Shown: positions 44,198-53,314 of the stretch, one piece after another
Layout: each line of letters begins with the position of its first letter
How positions within the stretch are numbered: position 1 is the stretch's first letter
NCBI GenBank assembly: GCA_041165285.1
Contig: JBEANV010000543.1
Span: 24,908 to 88,907 of the forward strand
Direction of reading: 5' to 3'
Length of the DNA stretch: 64,000 bases
Source: Pseudomonadota bacterium
GTDB taxonomy: Bacteria > Pseudomonadota > Gammaproteobacteria > Burkholderiales > Burkholderiaceae_C
Translations under genes and position numbers: made by a program
The notes under the pieces: model-generated
Seen by the model: the letters and a program-made list of their open reading frames with translations, nothing else
Databases searched by the model: none
What the model was told of the DNA's origin: nothing

Positions 44198-44809
44198 TCA
44201 GTACGCCTTTCCGCCCAGCGCCTTGCGCGCCTCGGGCTTGTGGTCCGCGCGCTGCGCGTTGAAGGCCAACTTCTCTTCGATGGCGCCCCCAAGATCCAGG
44301 CCCAGCCCGCCCGCAAGATCCGCAATGCGGATGACGGCATCGGCAAGCTCGACTTCGATCATCTGGCGATGCGGGAGCTTGTCGTCCTGCAGCCCCTTGC
44401 GGTGCCCCTCCATCGCTTCGGCAATCTCGCTGACCACCAGCATGAGCTTTTCGCCGACGAAGTGCGGGCGGTGCGCCATCGGTTCGCCCGTGTGAAGATC
44501 CGTCCACCAGCCGGCTTCGGCCGCGGCCCCGTGGCAGATACGCTGCAGCGTCTCGCCGGCGCTCTTCACGCTGGACTGGTCGGCGATATGGTGTTGCAGC
44601 GTCACTTTCTGCGCACTCAAGGCGCGGATTGCATCGGCCATGCCGCGAGACTTCTCCATCTTGATCCGGTCAGCGGGTTGCCCGAGACCGCTCTCAAGGA
44701 AAGCCTGCGCACTGGCTGCGCGCTGGTCGAATCGGTCAATCGCCATCTGGATGTAGTCCGGCCCCATGTCGCCAGATGCGGGCACGTTTTTGACGTTCAT
44801 TTCCATCAT
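44198..44809 (-). CDS. MazG-like NTP pyrophosphohydrolase with N-terminal extension
   Basis: L..SEIAEAMEG.RK...EVELAD..IRI.D...EK..FN..R. Confidence 0.8.
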   Translation of the reverse strand: MMEMNVKNVPASGDMGPDYIQMAIDRFDQRAASAQAFLESGLGQPADRIKMEKSRGMADAIRALSAQKVTLQHHIADQSSVKSAGETLQRICHGAAAEAGWWTDLHTGEPMAHRPHFVGEKLMLVVSEIAEAMEGHRKGLQDDKLPHRQMIEVELADAVIRIADLAGGLGLDLGGAIEEKLAFNAQRADHKPEARKALGGKAY

Positions 44810-45939
44810 CAGCCTTTCTTGAGCACCACACGGCGCCCCTTGTTGTCCTGCGCGGAGACAACTCCCTCGCGCTCCAGTTCAGCCATCAGGCGGACAGCCT
44901 TCATGTGGCCTAGGTGCATCTCGCGCTGCAGCAGCACGATCGATGCAGATTCGTGGCTGGTCACGATAGATGCAGCGATCGCGAGCTGTTCGGCGTCGAG
45001 TTCGGCAGGATCGCCGAACTCGACGATGCCGGACAGCGCAGCAAGCAGGGCCGTGAATGCGTCCTTGATGGCCGTGCCCGTCAGCAGCGCATCGGTGGTG
45101 TACCGGTCTTCATCGGGGTCAACATCCGCCGCGGCCCCGTCAACGCCGACCACGCGCACGCTTCGCATGGCCAGCATCGGGTTCACGACGAATGACACCT
45201 TGGTTCCGTGCGTCATCGCCAGCTTCGTGACGGTTCCGCCGTCATGGATGCGGTCGTGGACCTGCTGTGAAGACCCCATGTACTCGCCGTCGTAGCTGAT
45301 CAGCGCGTCCCCGTCCTCGATAAGTCCGCGGTCGTCAATGTCGAAGTGGTCAGGCGGGCCATTCAGCACCCATCCGGTCATCGCCATCGCGGCGTTGTCT
45401 CGCAGCATGACTGGCTGCACGACAAGGCCGGCGAACGACTGACACAGCCGCGTCATGATCGCGTCCAATGCGCCGCTGGAAACCGACCCGATGGCGATCA
45501 GGGATTCGGCGGGCCACACCAGCAGGTCGATGAAGCCCGTGGACACGAACGCCGTCGTGAGCATGTCGGCACGCACGTTCTCTTTGATCTCGCGCTTGCG
45601 CTTGGCGCCCGGCTTGCGCCCGGTCTGGTACAGCTCTTCGGCCAGTGCGGAATCAACGCGGGCGGCAAGGGCAGAACCCGGCAACACCTTCTTGTCGATG
45701 CGGACACGCATGGTGTACAGGCCCTGCGTGACCTTGAACAGCAGGGCCGTGTCCACATCGGGGTTCGGCGGCACCCACCCGGCGCGGCCGTCCTCGGACG
45801 GCCCAGGCGGCGCGAACGACCACGCATCCAGCGCCGTGCCGTCGGGGGCGGTGAACAGTTCTGCGCCCCGGCTTCCGTCTTGGTAGCTCAGGCCGAAGAA
45901 CGTCACCGCCCCCAGGTTGATCGAACTCTTTTTCGTCAT
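44809..45939 (-). CDS. rdgC: Recombination-associated RdgC-like protein fused to a C-terminal FtsK-gamma domain
   Basis: GWVPP, KKVLP, GRKPG.K...EIKE, KLA RdgC motifs; ASI..LQR....G..KA.RL...LE..GVVS...GRR.VL. Confidence 0.8.
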   Translation of the reverse strand: MTKKSSINLGAVTFFGLSYQDGSRGAELFTAPDGTALDAWSFAPPGPSEDGRAGWVPPNPDVDTALLFKVTQGLYTMRVRIDKKVLPGSALAARVDSALAEELYQTGRKPGAKRKREIKENVRADMLTTAFVSTGFIDLLVWPAESLIAIGSVSSGALDAIMTRLCQSFAGLVVQPVMLRDNAAMAMTGWVLNGPPDHFDIDDRGLIEDGDALISYDGEYMGSSQQVHDRIHDGGTVTKLAMTHGTKVSFVVNPMLAMRSVRVVGVDGAAADVDPDEDRYTTDALLTGTAIKDAFTALLAALSGIVEFGDPAELDAEQLAIAASIVTSHESASIVLLQREMHLGHMKAVRLMAELEREGVVSAQDNKGRRVVLKKG

Positions 45940-46013
45940 CGTGCATCTCCACTGCGTTGTGTGGGAATCCCCACTGCTGGTGCCGGCGCAGCAATCCGGC
46001 ACCAGCCAGAAAA

Positions 46014-46733
46014 TCAGCCGAAATACTTTTCCCAGCAGACCGGCCCGACCGCGCGGCCGATGCTTTCGGCGGCGGTGAGCTTTCGGCGGCAGCACGAACA
46101 CTTGCCTGTCAGCCGCCCGTAGGCGCCGGCAGAAGCGGCCGGGTCTGCGGCAGCAATGGCCACGCGCGCGGCCTGATCGTCGCTGCAGGCATCCATGCGG
46201 ACAAACTGCCCGTCCACGATCCGCCCGAGGTACGTGCCACTCTTGGCGTCCTTCACGTAGACCGCACCCGGCCAGCGCGCCGTGTCGGCCGCCAGGGTGA
46301 ATGTGAACGTGTCCAGCGACAGCGACGGCCACTGTTCGCCGCGCCCTTGTGCGCGCAGCAGGGACACCTTGAGCGCCCCCGTGTCAACGTGGGTGGCCGC
46401 GGGCTTTGCGGCATCGACCCCAAACCCTCGGGCGATGCGGCGCGCGACGGCCTTGGTGTCGAATTCGTCCACCGTGCCGCGCTGTTCGAGCTGGCGCACA
46501 CAGCGCAGCGCAGTGGTGTCGCCTGCGTAGGCGTTCCGGTCGATCCACCCGGCCAGCTCGCTGTTCTGGCGCCGCCACGCCTGCGCGGGGGACTCAACCT
46601 GCGCATCGGCCGCACTGACAACAATCTTGGCGGCCCCGGCATCGAACGGGTTGTACCGTGCCGTGCCGGCCAGTTCCCGCAAGCCGTCAGCACGGGTGAC
46701 GCGCCGGGCGTCGGGGGTGTAGTTGATCGGCAT
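46014..46733 (-). CDS. DUF6011-like zinc-finger protein
   Basis: YG...G.CSCC.R.LT..ESI....GPVC. Confidence 0.7.
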   Translation of the reverse strand: MPINYTPDARRVTRADGLRELAGTARYNPFDAGAAKIVVSAADAQVESPAQAWRRQNSELAGWIDRNAYAGDTTALRCVRQLEQRGTVDEFDTKAVARRIARGFGVDAAKPAATHVDTGALKVSLLRAQGRGEQWPSLSLDTFTFTLAADTARWPGAVYVKDAKSGTYLGRIVDGQFVRMDACSDDQAARVAIAAADPAASAGAYGRLTGKCSCCRRKLTAAESIGRAVGPVCWEKYFG

Positions 46734-47041
46734 CAGCGTGCCCCGCCAGCAAGCGCGCCGCCTGCAGCGCGGATCGCTTCCGCGACGACGAACGCATCGG
46801 CCGGAATCTCGTCCAGCGCGGCGGCCCGATGCCCGCAGGGCGACCGGAACCCGGTCACCCGCACGGACCCGCCCCAATGTGGCTCGCGGGAGTGCCGCAC
46901 GACCTCGCCGCCACCCCAGCCAAGCCGGGTGACGATGCGGCCCGGCTCTTTTGCCAGCACGCCCGCTTCAACGGGGGTTTGTGCCACGCCTACCGTGGTT
47001 CGCGCCCCGTCCTCGTTCTGAGTCTGTATCAAGTACGCCAT
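46733..47041 (-). CDS. Hypothetical early protein
   Basis: AAGGAG RBS after a TTGCAT-17-CATGAT promoter. Confidence 0.55.
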   Translation of the reverse strand: MAYLIQTQNEDGARTTVGVAQTPVEAGVLAKEPGRIVTRLGWGGGEVVRHSREPHWGGSVRVTGFRSPCGHRAAALDEIPADAFVVAEAIRAAGGALAGGAR

Positions 47042-47062
47042 GATTTTTCTCCTTGGATAGAA

Positions 47063-47111
47063 ATCATGCACGCTATGCGCACTCAATGCAATAGCAATGC
47101 CGCATAAATTT
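47063..47111 (-). promoter_or_regulatory. Sigma70 early promoter with GCATAA-type operator sites
   Basis: TTGCAT (47091-47086)-17 nt-CATGAT (47068-47063); CGCATAAATTT at 47101-47111. Confidence 0.6.
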
Positions 47112-47152
47112 GGCATCTCGGCACACACGGCCAGCGTGAGGCCGTCGCACCA

Positions 47153-47467
47153 CTACGGCGACTTCTTCGGCTCGCTCAACATCAAGTTCAAGTTCAGGTC
47201 CGCCACGGATTTCGGCGCCCCGGGCGGGATCAGCTCGCCGGACTTACGCATGTCAGAAAGCAACTTGCTTGCGGCCAGATCCATGCCGACCGTTTGGCAG
47301 ATCGTCGCCACGGTTTTATTGACCGCGCCGACGTGGTTCGCGTCCACCTCGCCGTTCAAGAACTTTTCCAGCGTGTCGAACATGATGTCGCGCATCCCTG
47401 ACGTGCTGCGGGTGATCTTCTTGCGCCCTGTGCTCGCTGCAGCGCCATTGCTCTTCGTGTCGGTCAT
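47153..47467 (-). CDS. Hypothetical protein
   Basis: GAGGA RBS, ATGA overlap. Confidence 0.55.
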   Translation of the reverse strand: MTDTKSNGAAASTGRKKITRSTSGMRDIMFDTLEKFLNGEVDANHVGAVNKTVATICQTVGMDLAASKLLSDMRKSGELIPPGAPKSVADLNLNLMLSEPKKSP

Positions 47468-48015
47468 GCTTCTTCCTCTTGGTGGTGGTCAGATGGTGTT
47501 TCGGCCTGCAATTGCTGTTCGGCCAGTTCAAGTTTTCGTACTTCGCGCATTCGGTAAAGCAGTGCGGTAAGTGGCTTTCCTGCGGCTGGGTCTGCTTTGA
47601 TCGTGTCGATCAAAGCCTGTAACCTGCTGCGCATCGGTTCGGGGCAGGCGGCCGTGATGTCGCGGGAAACCCTGCAGATCGCAGCGTAGAGAATCGCTTG
47701 GTTGATTGCGAACAGTTCCGGGTCAACGGCTACGCCGGCCCGCTCATTGGCAAAAAGACTAGCCACCCGCCGCCGCTCCCGATATTGCTCCAGCCGCTCC
47801 GGCGGCATGTTTTTGTACCACTCCAGCGCCCGCTTCCGATGCAGCTCCCGCTGCTCCGGCACCATGCTTTTGCTCCGCTTCCGCTCCCGATCCCGCTCCC
47901 GATGCCGCTCCCGCTGCTCTGGCGTCAAAACCCGCTTCTTCTTCACCGGCTTCTCCGCAGAGGCAACCAGCTCTTCCAGGTGCCGGAATGCGGCGTCTCC
48001 CTTGGGGTCGGTCAC
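47464..48015 (-). CDS. Hypothetical protein with three PE(Q)R Arg/Glu-rich repeats
   Basis: LTPEQRE.. / MVPEQRE.. / MPPERLE.. repeats; GTG start overlaps the upstream stop. Confidence 0.45.
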   Translation of the reverse strand: MTDPKGDAAFRHLEELVASAEKPVKKKRVLTPEQRERHRERDRERKRSKSMVPEQRELHRKRALEWYKNMPPERLEQYRERRRVASLFANERAGVAVDPELFAINQAILYAAICRVSRDITAACPEPMRSRLQALIDTIKADPAAGKPLTALLYRMREVRKLELAEQQLQAETPSDHHQEEEA

Positions 48016-48566
48016 GGCGCACCCCCTGCAACCCGGTCGATAGCCTCGGTCCATTCGAGTCGCCCGTACCGGACCAGCCGGGCCAGCTCCCATGTCTGCG
48101 CTGGCGAAAGGTCCGCGCCCAGGCAACACCGTGCGGCGTAGGGCCACCCTTCGTTCCCGGCGTCCGTACCCTCCTCTCCGAATTCATCGCCGCACACTGG
48201 GCACTCGACGGCGCGCAGCGTTGGCGCCGCAGGACTCTTCAGGGCGGACATCAGGGCGGACATCTCCGACTGGGTGGGCTTTCGGCCGACGCAGCATTTT
48301 TCGGCCCTATCTCGGTCTCGGTACAGGCGGTCGCATCGGCCACACTGATACGCCTCAATCTCTATCGGGTCGCAGCAACTGGCCGCGTCATCTTCTCCGT
48401 GATGCAGATCCCCGCACGAGTGGCACGAATACGCCTGCATCGCCTTTGCCTTGCGCTCCGCAGTCCGCGCACCAGAACTTGCCGCGCGCGATGCGTCTAC
48501 CTGCTTCATCAGCAGTCGAGACAAAAAGTCTTTCTTCATGAGCGGTGAAAGCGCGCCCATGGTCAC
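48012..48566 (-). CDS. Multi-zinc-finger protein
   Basis: Three CxxC...A..CC units. Confidence 0.6.
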   Translation of the reverse strand: MTMGALSPLMKKDFLSRLLMKQVDASRAASSGARTAERKAKAMQAYSCHSCGDLHHGEDDAASCCDPIEIEAYQCGRCDRLYRDRDRAEKCCVGRKPTQSEMSALMSALKSPAAPTLRAVECPVCGDEFGEEGTDAGNEGWPYAARCCLGADLSPAQTWELARLVRYGRLEWTEAIDRVAGGAP

Positions 48567-48825
48567 GTTCCCTGAACAAGGTCAAGCGCCAACTGCCGGC
48601 GCTCGGCTTCAGCCTCCCGCATCAGTCGGGCGTGGCTTGGCTGGCGCCCAGGCTTTACGGCCAGCCGCTTCAGACCGGTTTTCGTGAGCCTGCCCGTGCG
48701 AGTGGCCAGCCGCCGCGCGACCAGACTTTGTTTCGTCGCCGGGTGTGTGTCGTCCGCCCACTTGCCGGCGGAAAGTGCGTGCTGCATCGCGGCCCGCTGC
48801 TCTTTCGTGATCGACTGGACCGGCT

Positions 48826-49170
48826 TCACGACGCAGCCCCTTCCGCAGCGCGGATGATGCGCAGCTCTTCGGGGGATGCGGCTTCCGGCTGCCAAGCACG
48901 GGCCAGCGCCGCAAGCGCCAGGACGTGCGCGCGCAGGCTGGCATTGCCGGACGCCAGCAGCGGTGCAGGCATCATCTCCGCGTACATCGCCTGCGCCGCA
49001 TCGGCCTGCCGGACGATTTCTGCGAGCGCGTCAGGTGTCAGCGGGTCAGCCCGGACCTCATCCGACTCGATCGCCTTGAAGAGCGGGAATTTGTACCCGA
49101 CCGGGAACCCCGCACGCTGGTTCGGCGCAGCCAGATTGCTGCGAGACTCCATTGTCAGAACTGCCATCAT
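48826..49170 (-). CDS. Hypothetical protein
   Basis: GAAGGA RBS before MMAVL. Confidence 0.4.
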   Translation of the reverse strand: MMAVLTMESRSNLAAPNQRAGFPVGYKFPLFKAIESDEVRADPLTPDALAEIVRQADAAQAMYAEMMPAPLLASGNASLRAHVLALAALARAWQPEAASPEELRIIRAAEGAAS

Positions 49171-49201
49171 GCTTCCTTCGTTTTGGGTCTTTGCCCGTTG
49201 T

Positions 49202-49633
49202 CTAGATCGGCTCTGCGCTGTGCGACCCGATCCGAATTGCCCGTAGGCACTGCGCTTCGTTGAACCCGCCGATGTGGCAGTCATGCACGGGGAGGTGCAT
49301 CTGCCGGGCGAGCCACTGGTAGATCAGCTTTCGTGCGGCCCGCGGGTCCGCTGCGCCACGCCAACGCCAGTCGATCGCGGTGTGCGCGGCTGACCGAAGG
49401 GCGCGCAGGTTCGCGTTTGCAAGCGTCCCCAGCGGGTGCGCGCCATGGCTGTAGATGCGGCGCCCGTCTGCGCCCTCGATCCATGTGCCGGCCTTGTGGC
49501 AGCCAACGGACGCCTGACACGGCGCGCACACCCAGAAATTCAGGTGCGCCAGATCCGTCCGACCGCGGTAGAGCAAGTCGCCGCCAACGATCACCGCGCG
49601 GCGGCTGCAGTAGGGGCAGGTCGGGTTGATCAT
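49202..49633 (-). CDS. DUF3268-like zinc-finger protein
   Basis: CPYC...W.C.PC.A.VGCH...PLG.LAN..LR..R..AH...HIG.F...QC. Confidence 0.75.
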   Translation of the reverse strand: MINPTCPYCSRRAVIVGGDLLYRGRTDLAHLNFWVCAPCQASVGCHKAGTWIEGADGRRIYSHGAHPLGTLANANLRALRSAAHTAIDWRWRGAADPRAARKLIYQWLARQMHLPVHDCHIGGFNEAQCLRAIRIGSHSAEPI

Positions 49634-50172
49634 TGCCCGTCATCCCGTGCGCAGCGCGGCGGCACAGGCAGCCAGCGCGTGCGGCACTGCAGCGACACGG
49701 CGGCCCCGTTGGACAGGTACGCCTCACACCGGACATTGCCGGCGTCATCGGGGCGCCGGCAGGACAGGGTACTGATCGACACGCGGCCCAGATCGGCCCA
49801 GTCCATCGCCAGCTCACGCGCTCGCGCAGATGCTGCCGAGTCGGTGGCAGACAGATCCTGCACGACGGCCAGCGACAATGCGCCGAACGCCAGCACGCCA
49901 GCAGAGCGCCACATCAGGCGGGACCAGTGCCCGCCTGCCGCCGTCATCTCCCGCGGGTCTTCAGCGCGAATAGTGCCGGCCAGCGCCTCGGTCAGCGCAT
50001 CGTCCAAGGCCATCATCCGGCCGTACTCGACGGCCCGGCGCAACGCGATTTTCTCCGCTGGCGCAGCATCGGCCGGGACCACCTGCAATTCGCCGGAACG
50101 CCAGTTCAGGCCGGACCAGTGCGCGAGTTCGTCGCGACGGTCCATCAGGTATGCGCATAGTGACTGCTTCAT
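49630..50172 (-). CDS. Hypothetical membrane-anchored protein
   Basis: One central hydrophobic segment; 4-nt overlaps. Confidence 0.45.
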   Translation of the reverse strand: MKQSLCAYLMDRRDELAHWSGLNWRSGELQVVPADAAPAEKIALRRAVEYGRMMALDDALTEALAGTIRAEDPREMTAAGGHWSRLMWRSAGVLAFGALSLAVVQDLSATDSAASARARELAMDWADLGRVSISTLSCRRPDDAGNVRCEAYLSNGAAVSLQCRTRWLPVPPRCARDDGQ

Positions 50173-50528
50173 GACTGAAAAATCTGTTCAATGGTTTCTG
50201 ATGCCCGGTACACGTACCGCCAGCGCGGAACGCCGGGCGTGCGGTCAATTCCGCCGATGCCTGACTTCGTTCGCACCAGCCAGCCCCGGCGATGCATCTC
50301 ACCCAGGGCGATACCCAAATCCTTGCAGCGCCGCACGTCAGGCACGGGGGACTTCATGACAAAGCTGAACTTCCCAGCGAACTCGGTCACAAGGCAGACC
50401 CCAAGGCAGTCAGCCTCTCCGTGCTCAATGACCCAGTGCGCCAGCCATGCCCACCGCTCGCGCTCCATCCTTCGCGCGCTGGTGATGACCCATTCATGCG
50501 CTAGTAATGCGGGTGTTTTCTGGTCCAT
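50169..50528 (-). CDS. Hypothetical protein, first gene of leftward early operon
   Basis: ATG 7 nt after CATAAT (50541-50536); winged-helix-like C-terminus. Confidence 0.5.
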   Translation of the reverse strand: MDQKTPALLAHEWVITSARRMERERWAWLAHWVIEHGEADCLGVCLVTEFAGKFSFVMKSPVPDVRRCKDLGIALGEMHRRGWLVRTKSGIGGIDRTPGVPRWRYVYRASETIEQIFQS

Positions 50529-50589
50529 GCTGGCAATTATGAGCGCATTTTGTTGTACTTTATGCGGTTTTTTTCCACGAACCGCAGAG

Positions 50590-52143
50590 TCACCCGATGG
50601 CGGCCAGCAGTGCGCTTTCCATCGCGTCAACGCGGCGTTCGGCTGGAGCCTCGCCGTCTAGGGCGGCATCGCTCACTGTCGGGATGACCCCCTCAAGGAA
50701 CCCGAACGACACGCCATCGAACATGTCGGGGGAAGGGATGCCCTCCCACTCCGCCGACCCCTTCGACTCGATCCGGTAGCGGGCGCGGTCATCGAAGCGG
50801 TATGGCACGCGGTGCTGATCCAGGAATTCGGAGCGCGTCTTTGTGTCAGGGAAGGCGTCAGCGGCAATGGACAGGTGCCCGGCTCGGGCGGCCTTCGCGG
50901 CGCACACCATCGCCTGCGACCGCTGGTTTGCGTACTGCTCGGCCAGCTCCTTGCGCCAGCAGTCACGCCCCCAAAGCACTTTCACGACGTTCGGCAGACC
51001 GACATCCACCAGCGACTTGTAGACCACCAGCCCCAGGCCGCCGCAGTCCACTGCGACGGTGGCGTTCGAAAGGCGGCGTGCCTCTTCTGTCACGCGGCCG
51101 ATCAGCTCGCGCGGCTGGATGCTGTTCGAGACCTCGGCAAACCGAGTGATGTGCATCCGCCGCGGCTCGCGCTCGTGGGATGCCCCGCTGCCGTAAACCT
51201 TGGCCAAGATGATCACGGACTTGTCCCGGTACTCGCCGGCGGCAACGTCCACCAGCACCAGCCAGCCCCACGGCGCCCCGGCAGGGATGCAGTTCTGGCG
51301 GCCGATGCAGGATTCCAGCTCAGGGCGGCTCAAGAGCTGCCCGTCCAGCTTGTCGGGGAAGTCGCCCCGCACCTTGATCTTGTACTGAGGGTCTTCGCGC
51401 CCGCCGTACTGCAACAGCTTCTCGACGATGAACCCGTCGTTGACCAGCGGGCTTTCTTCGCTACTCATGCGAATCGAGTTCCACACCCCGCCGCGGTGCG
51501 CACTCATGGCATGGTGCGTCTCGTAGAAAAAGCCACCGGCCCGCGTTGGCTGCGACATCAGCGCGATGCGGTTCCAATCCTCGGTCAGCGACCCCAGGAT
51601 GATCCCCATGACGGCATCGTCAACGCCCGATGCTTCGTCGATCAGCCACAGCAGGTACTTGCGGTGCTCGCCCGCCATTGCCTCCGGCTTTCCGGCCGGC
51701 GCTGTCTTTGCCGTCGCCCACCACTGCGACTGATAGCCCTTGATGTAGATCGACTTGCGGGCCACGGTGATGTTCCCGGCCAGCCACGCGAACGGGCCTT
51801 CTTTCATCCGCTCCACATGGTCGGCGACGTACTTGCGCACGCCAGACAGGACCACCTCCAGCTTCGGGCCGGACAGAATCGTGTTGCTGTAGCGGTAGCA
51901 AGTCAGGTGCCACAGCAGCACGATTGCCGCGGCATCGGTCTTGCCCGTACCGTGCCCGGAAGACACGGACGTGCGCGACCCGATCCCCTGCACCGAATCA
52001 TAAAAAAGCAGTTGCTGCCATGTCGGCGGGCGCCCGCAGACCTCCGCGGCGAAGCGCGGCAGGTCCATGACGTAGCGCGCGACGAACGGCGCGTAGGACG
52101 GGTCATCAAGCAGCCGAAGTGCGCTGCTTTTCACCCGGCTCAT
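50590..52143 (-). CDS. pacB: Terminase large subunit (P1 PacB-like)
   Basis: Walker A SGHGTGKT, Walker B LIDEASG, nuclease LVDVA and SPD..D motifs. Confidence 0.9.
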   Translation of the reverse strand: MSRVKSSALRLLDDPSYAPFVARYVMDLPRFAAEVCGRPPTWQQLLFYDSVQGIGSRTSVSSGHGTGKTDAAAIVLLWHLTCYRYSNTILSGPKLEVVLSGVRKYVADHVERMKEGPFAWLAGNITVARKSIYIKGYQSQWWATAKTAPAGKPEAMAGEHRKYLLWLIDEASGVDDAVMGIILGSLTEDWNRIALMSQPTRAGGFFYETHHAMSAHRGGVWNSIRMSSEESPLVNDGFIVEKLLQYGGREDPQYKIKVRGDFPDKLDGQLLSRPELESCIGRQNCIPAGAPWGWLVLVDVAAGEYRDKSVIILAKVYGSGASHEREPRRMHITRFAEVSNSIQPRELIGRVTEEARRLSNATVAVDCGGLGLVVYKSLVDVGLPNVVKVLWGRDCWRKELAEQYANQRSQAMVCAAKAARAGHLSIAADAFPDTKTRSEFLDQHRVPYRFDDRARYRIESKGSAEWEGIPSPDMFDGVSFGFLEGVIPTVSDAALDGEAPAERRVDAMESALLAAIG

Positions 52144-53267
52144 GCCGGCTCGCCCCCGTCAAGCTCCGCCGACGCCCGCCGATCCTCAAGCAGCGCCATG
52201 ACGCGCTCCATGCGCCCTTGCGTGTCGCTGAACCCCTTGCGGGCCTGCGCCTTGGCGTCTTCGTAGACGGCGTCCAGTGCCCGCGCATCCATGGCAATGA
52301 CCGGTGGCGGCGGCTTGTCTGCCTCGTAGAACCCGATGTGCTTGGCGAGCTTGTCCCACGCCGCCGCGCGGTCGTGCATGGACACCTCAAGCCCCTCTTT
52401 CGTGCGCTTCGCTCCGGCCAGCAGCGCCAGACCTTTGCGGCCGATTTTGTTCAAGTCGCCGATGCGGTGCTGCAGGATGCCGTGCCCGAAGCACTCGGGG
52501 CAGTCGTCGTTAGGCTCGCGCCTGCCGTCGTAGTACGGGCCGCCCTGTGTATCGAATGGGACCGGGTTCTTGGCGGTCGCCTTGTCGTGGACTTCCTGAG
52601 CCTTGCGCATCTCCGCGGGCGTGAACTGGTAGCGGTGCTGGCGGTCGTGGCAGTGCCGACACGCCACGCGCTCGAACGTCGCCAGCTCGCGCGGGTCGGC
52701 GGTGGCAATGTCCATGTACGCGCCCAGGACCAGCGCCGTGGTCACGCCGGTCTCTGCTGCGGCTTGCTCTTGGATCGCTCTGACGCGCTCGCGCACCCGC
52801 GGCATGACCGCCAGCGTCTTGGACTTGTCGTTGATCTGGCTCCCCGACAGCACGGCCAGCATCTCGGGATCGACCTCGCGCCCGGCGCGGCGGTAGGACT
52901 CGCTCCAGTTGTACCCCAGGGCGATGTACCGGGCGAAGTGCTCTTCGAACACCGGCAGAAGCGTAGCGCCCGCGCGGCGCACAGCGGCCACGTCGTCGGG
53001 CGTCACCGGCACACCCGCGGCGATGCTACCGATCATCGCGTGCGTGACAGCCATCGGGTCGGCCGGCACGGACGGTGCGACGCCAGCCACCGGGGCAGCA
53101 TCCACTCGGCCAGGGATCAGCTTCGGGTCATCGCCAGACTGCGGCTCTTGCGCCGGCAACTCGCGCGCCGCCTCTGCGCGGCGCGCGGCATCGCGCTCTT
53201 CTCTGCTTGCCCGCGGTCTCTGCTTGCGTGGCGTAGGCTCTTTCGGTGCGGGGATTTCTTCACTCAT
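52140..53267 (-). CDS. Terminase small subunit with Zn-finger insertion
   Basis: Directly upstream of the large subunit; N.SE.YRRA HTH, ATADP.EL, CRHC...CPEC.G.G, AW.KLAKHIG. Confidence 0.8.
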   Translation of the reverse strand: MSEEIPAPKEPTPRKQRPRASREERDAARRAEAARELPAQEPQSGDDPKLIPGRVDAAPVAGVAPSVPADPMAVTHAMIGSIAAGVPVTPDDVAAVRRAGATLLPVFEEHFARYIALGYNWSESYRRAGREVDPEMLAVLSGSQINDKSKTLAVMPRVRERVRAIQEQAAAETGVTTALVLGAYMDIATADPRELATFERVACRHCHDRQHRYQFTPAEMRKAQEVHDKATAKNPVPFDTQGGPYYDGRREPNDDCPECFGHGILQHRIGDLNKIGRKGLALLAGAKRTKEGLEVSMHDRAAAWDKLAKHIGFYEADKPPPPVIAMDARALDAVYEDAKAQARKGFSDTQGRMERVMALLEDRRASAELDGGEPA

Positions 53268-53273
53268 GCCCGC

Positions 53274-53314
53274 ATCTTGCCAGCGCAATGCGCGTCGTAA
53301 TGCGCAGGTTTTCC
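53274..53314 (-). promoter_or_regulatory. Putative late promoter GGAAAA-N29-CAAGAT, leaderless geometry
   Basis: ttttcc 53309-53314, atcttg 53274-53279, ATG 6 nt downstream. Confidence 0.55.

Noticed and set aside
47760-47925. CCGCTCCCGAT-like short repeats as CRISPR, iteron or origin
   Set aside because: Irregular, without spacers, and explained by Arg/Glu-rich coding repeats on the minus strand.
50536-50576. Additional late promoter GGAAAA-N29-CATAAT
   Set aside because: Precedes an early-type operon, lies in an A-run and overlaps a GCATAA site; ambiguous, so not counted.
52140-53267. P1-style pac site of clustered TGATCA hexamers inside the small terminase gene
   Set aside because: Only scattered GATC sites, with no regular hexamer cluster.
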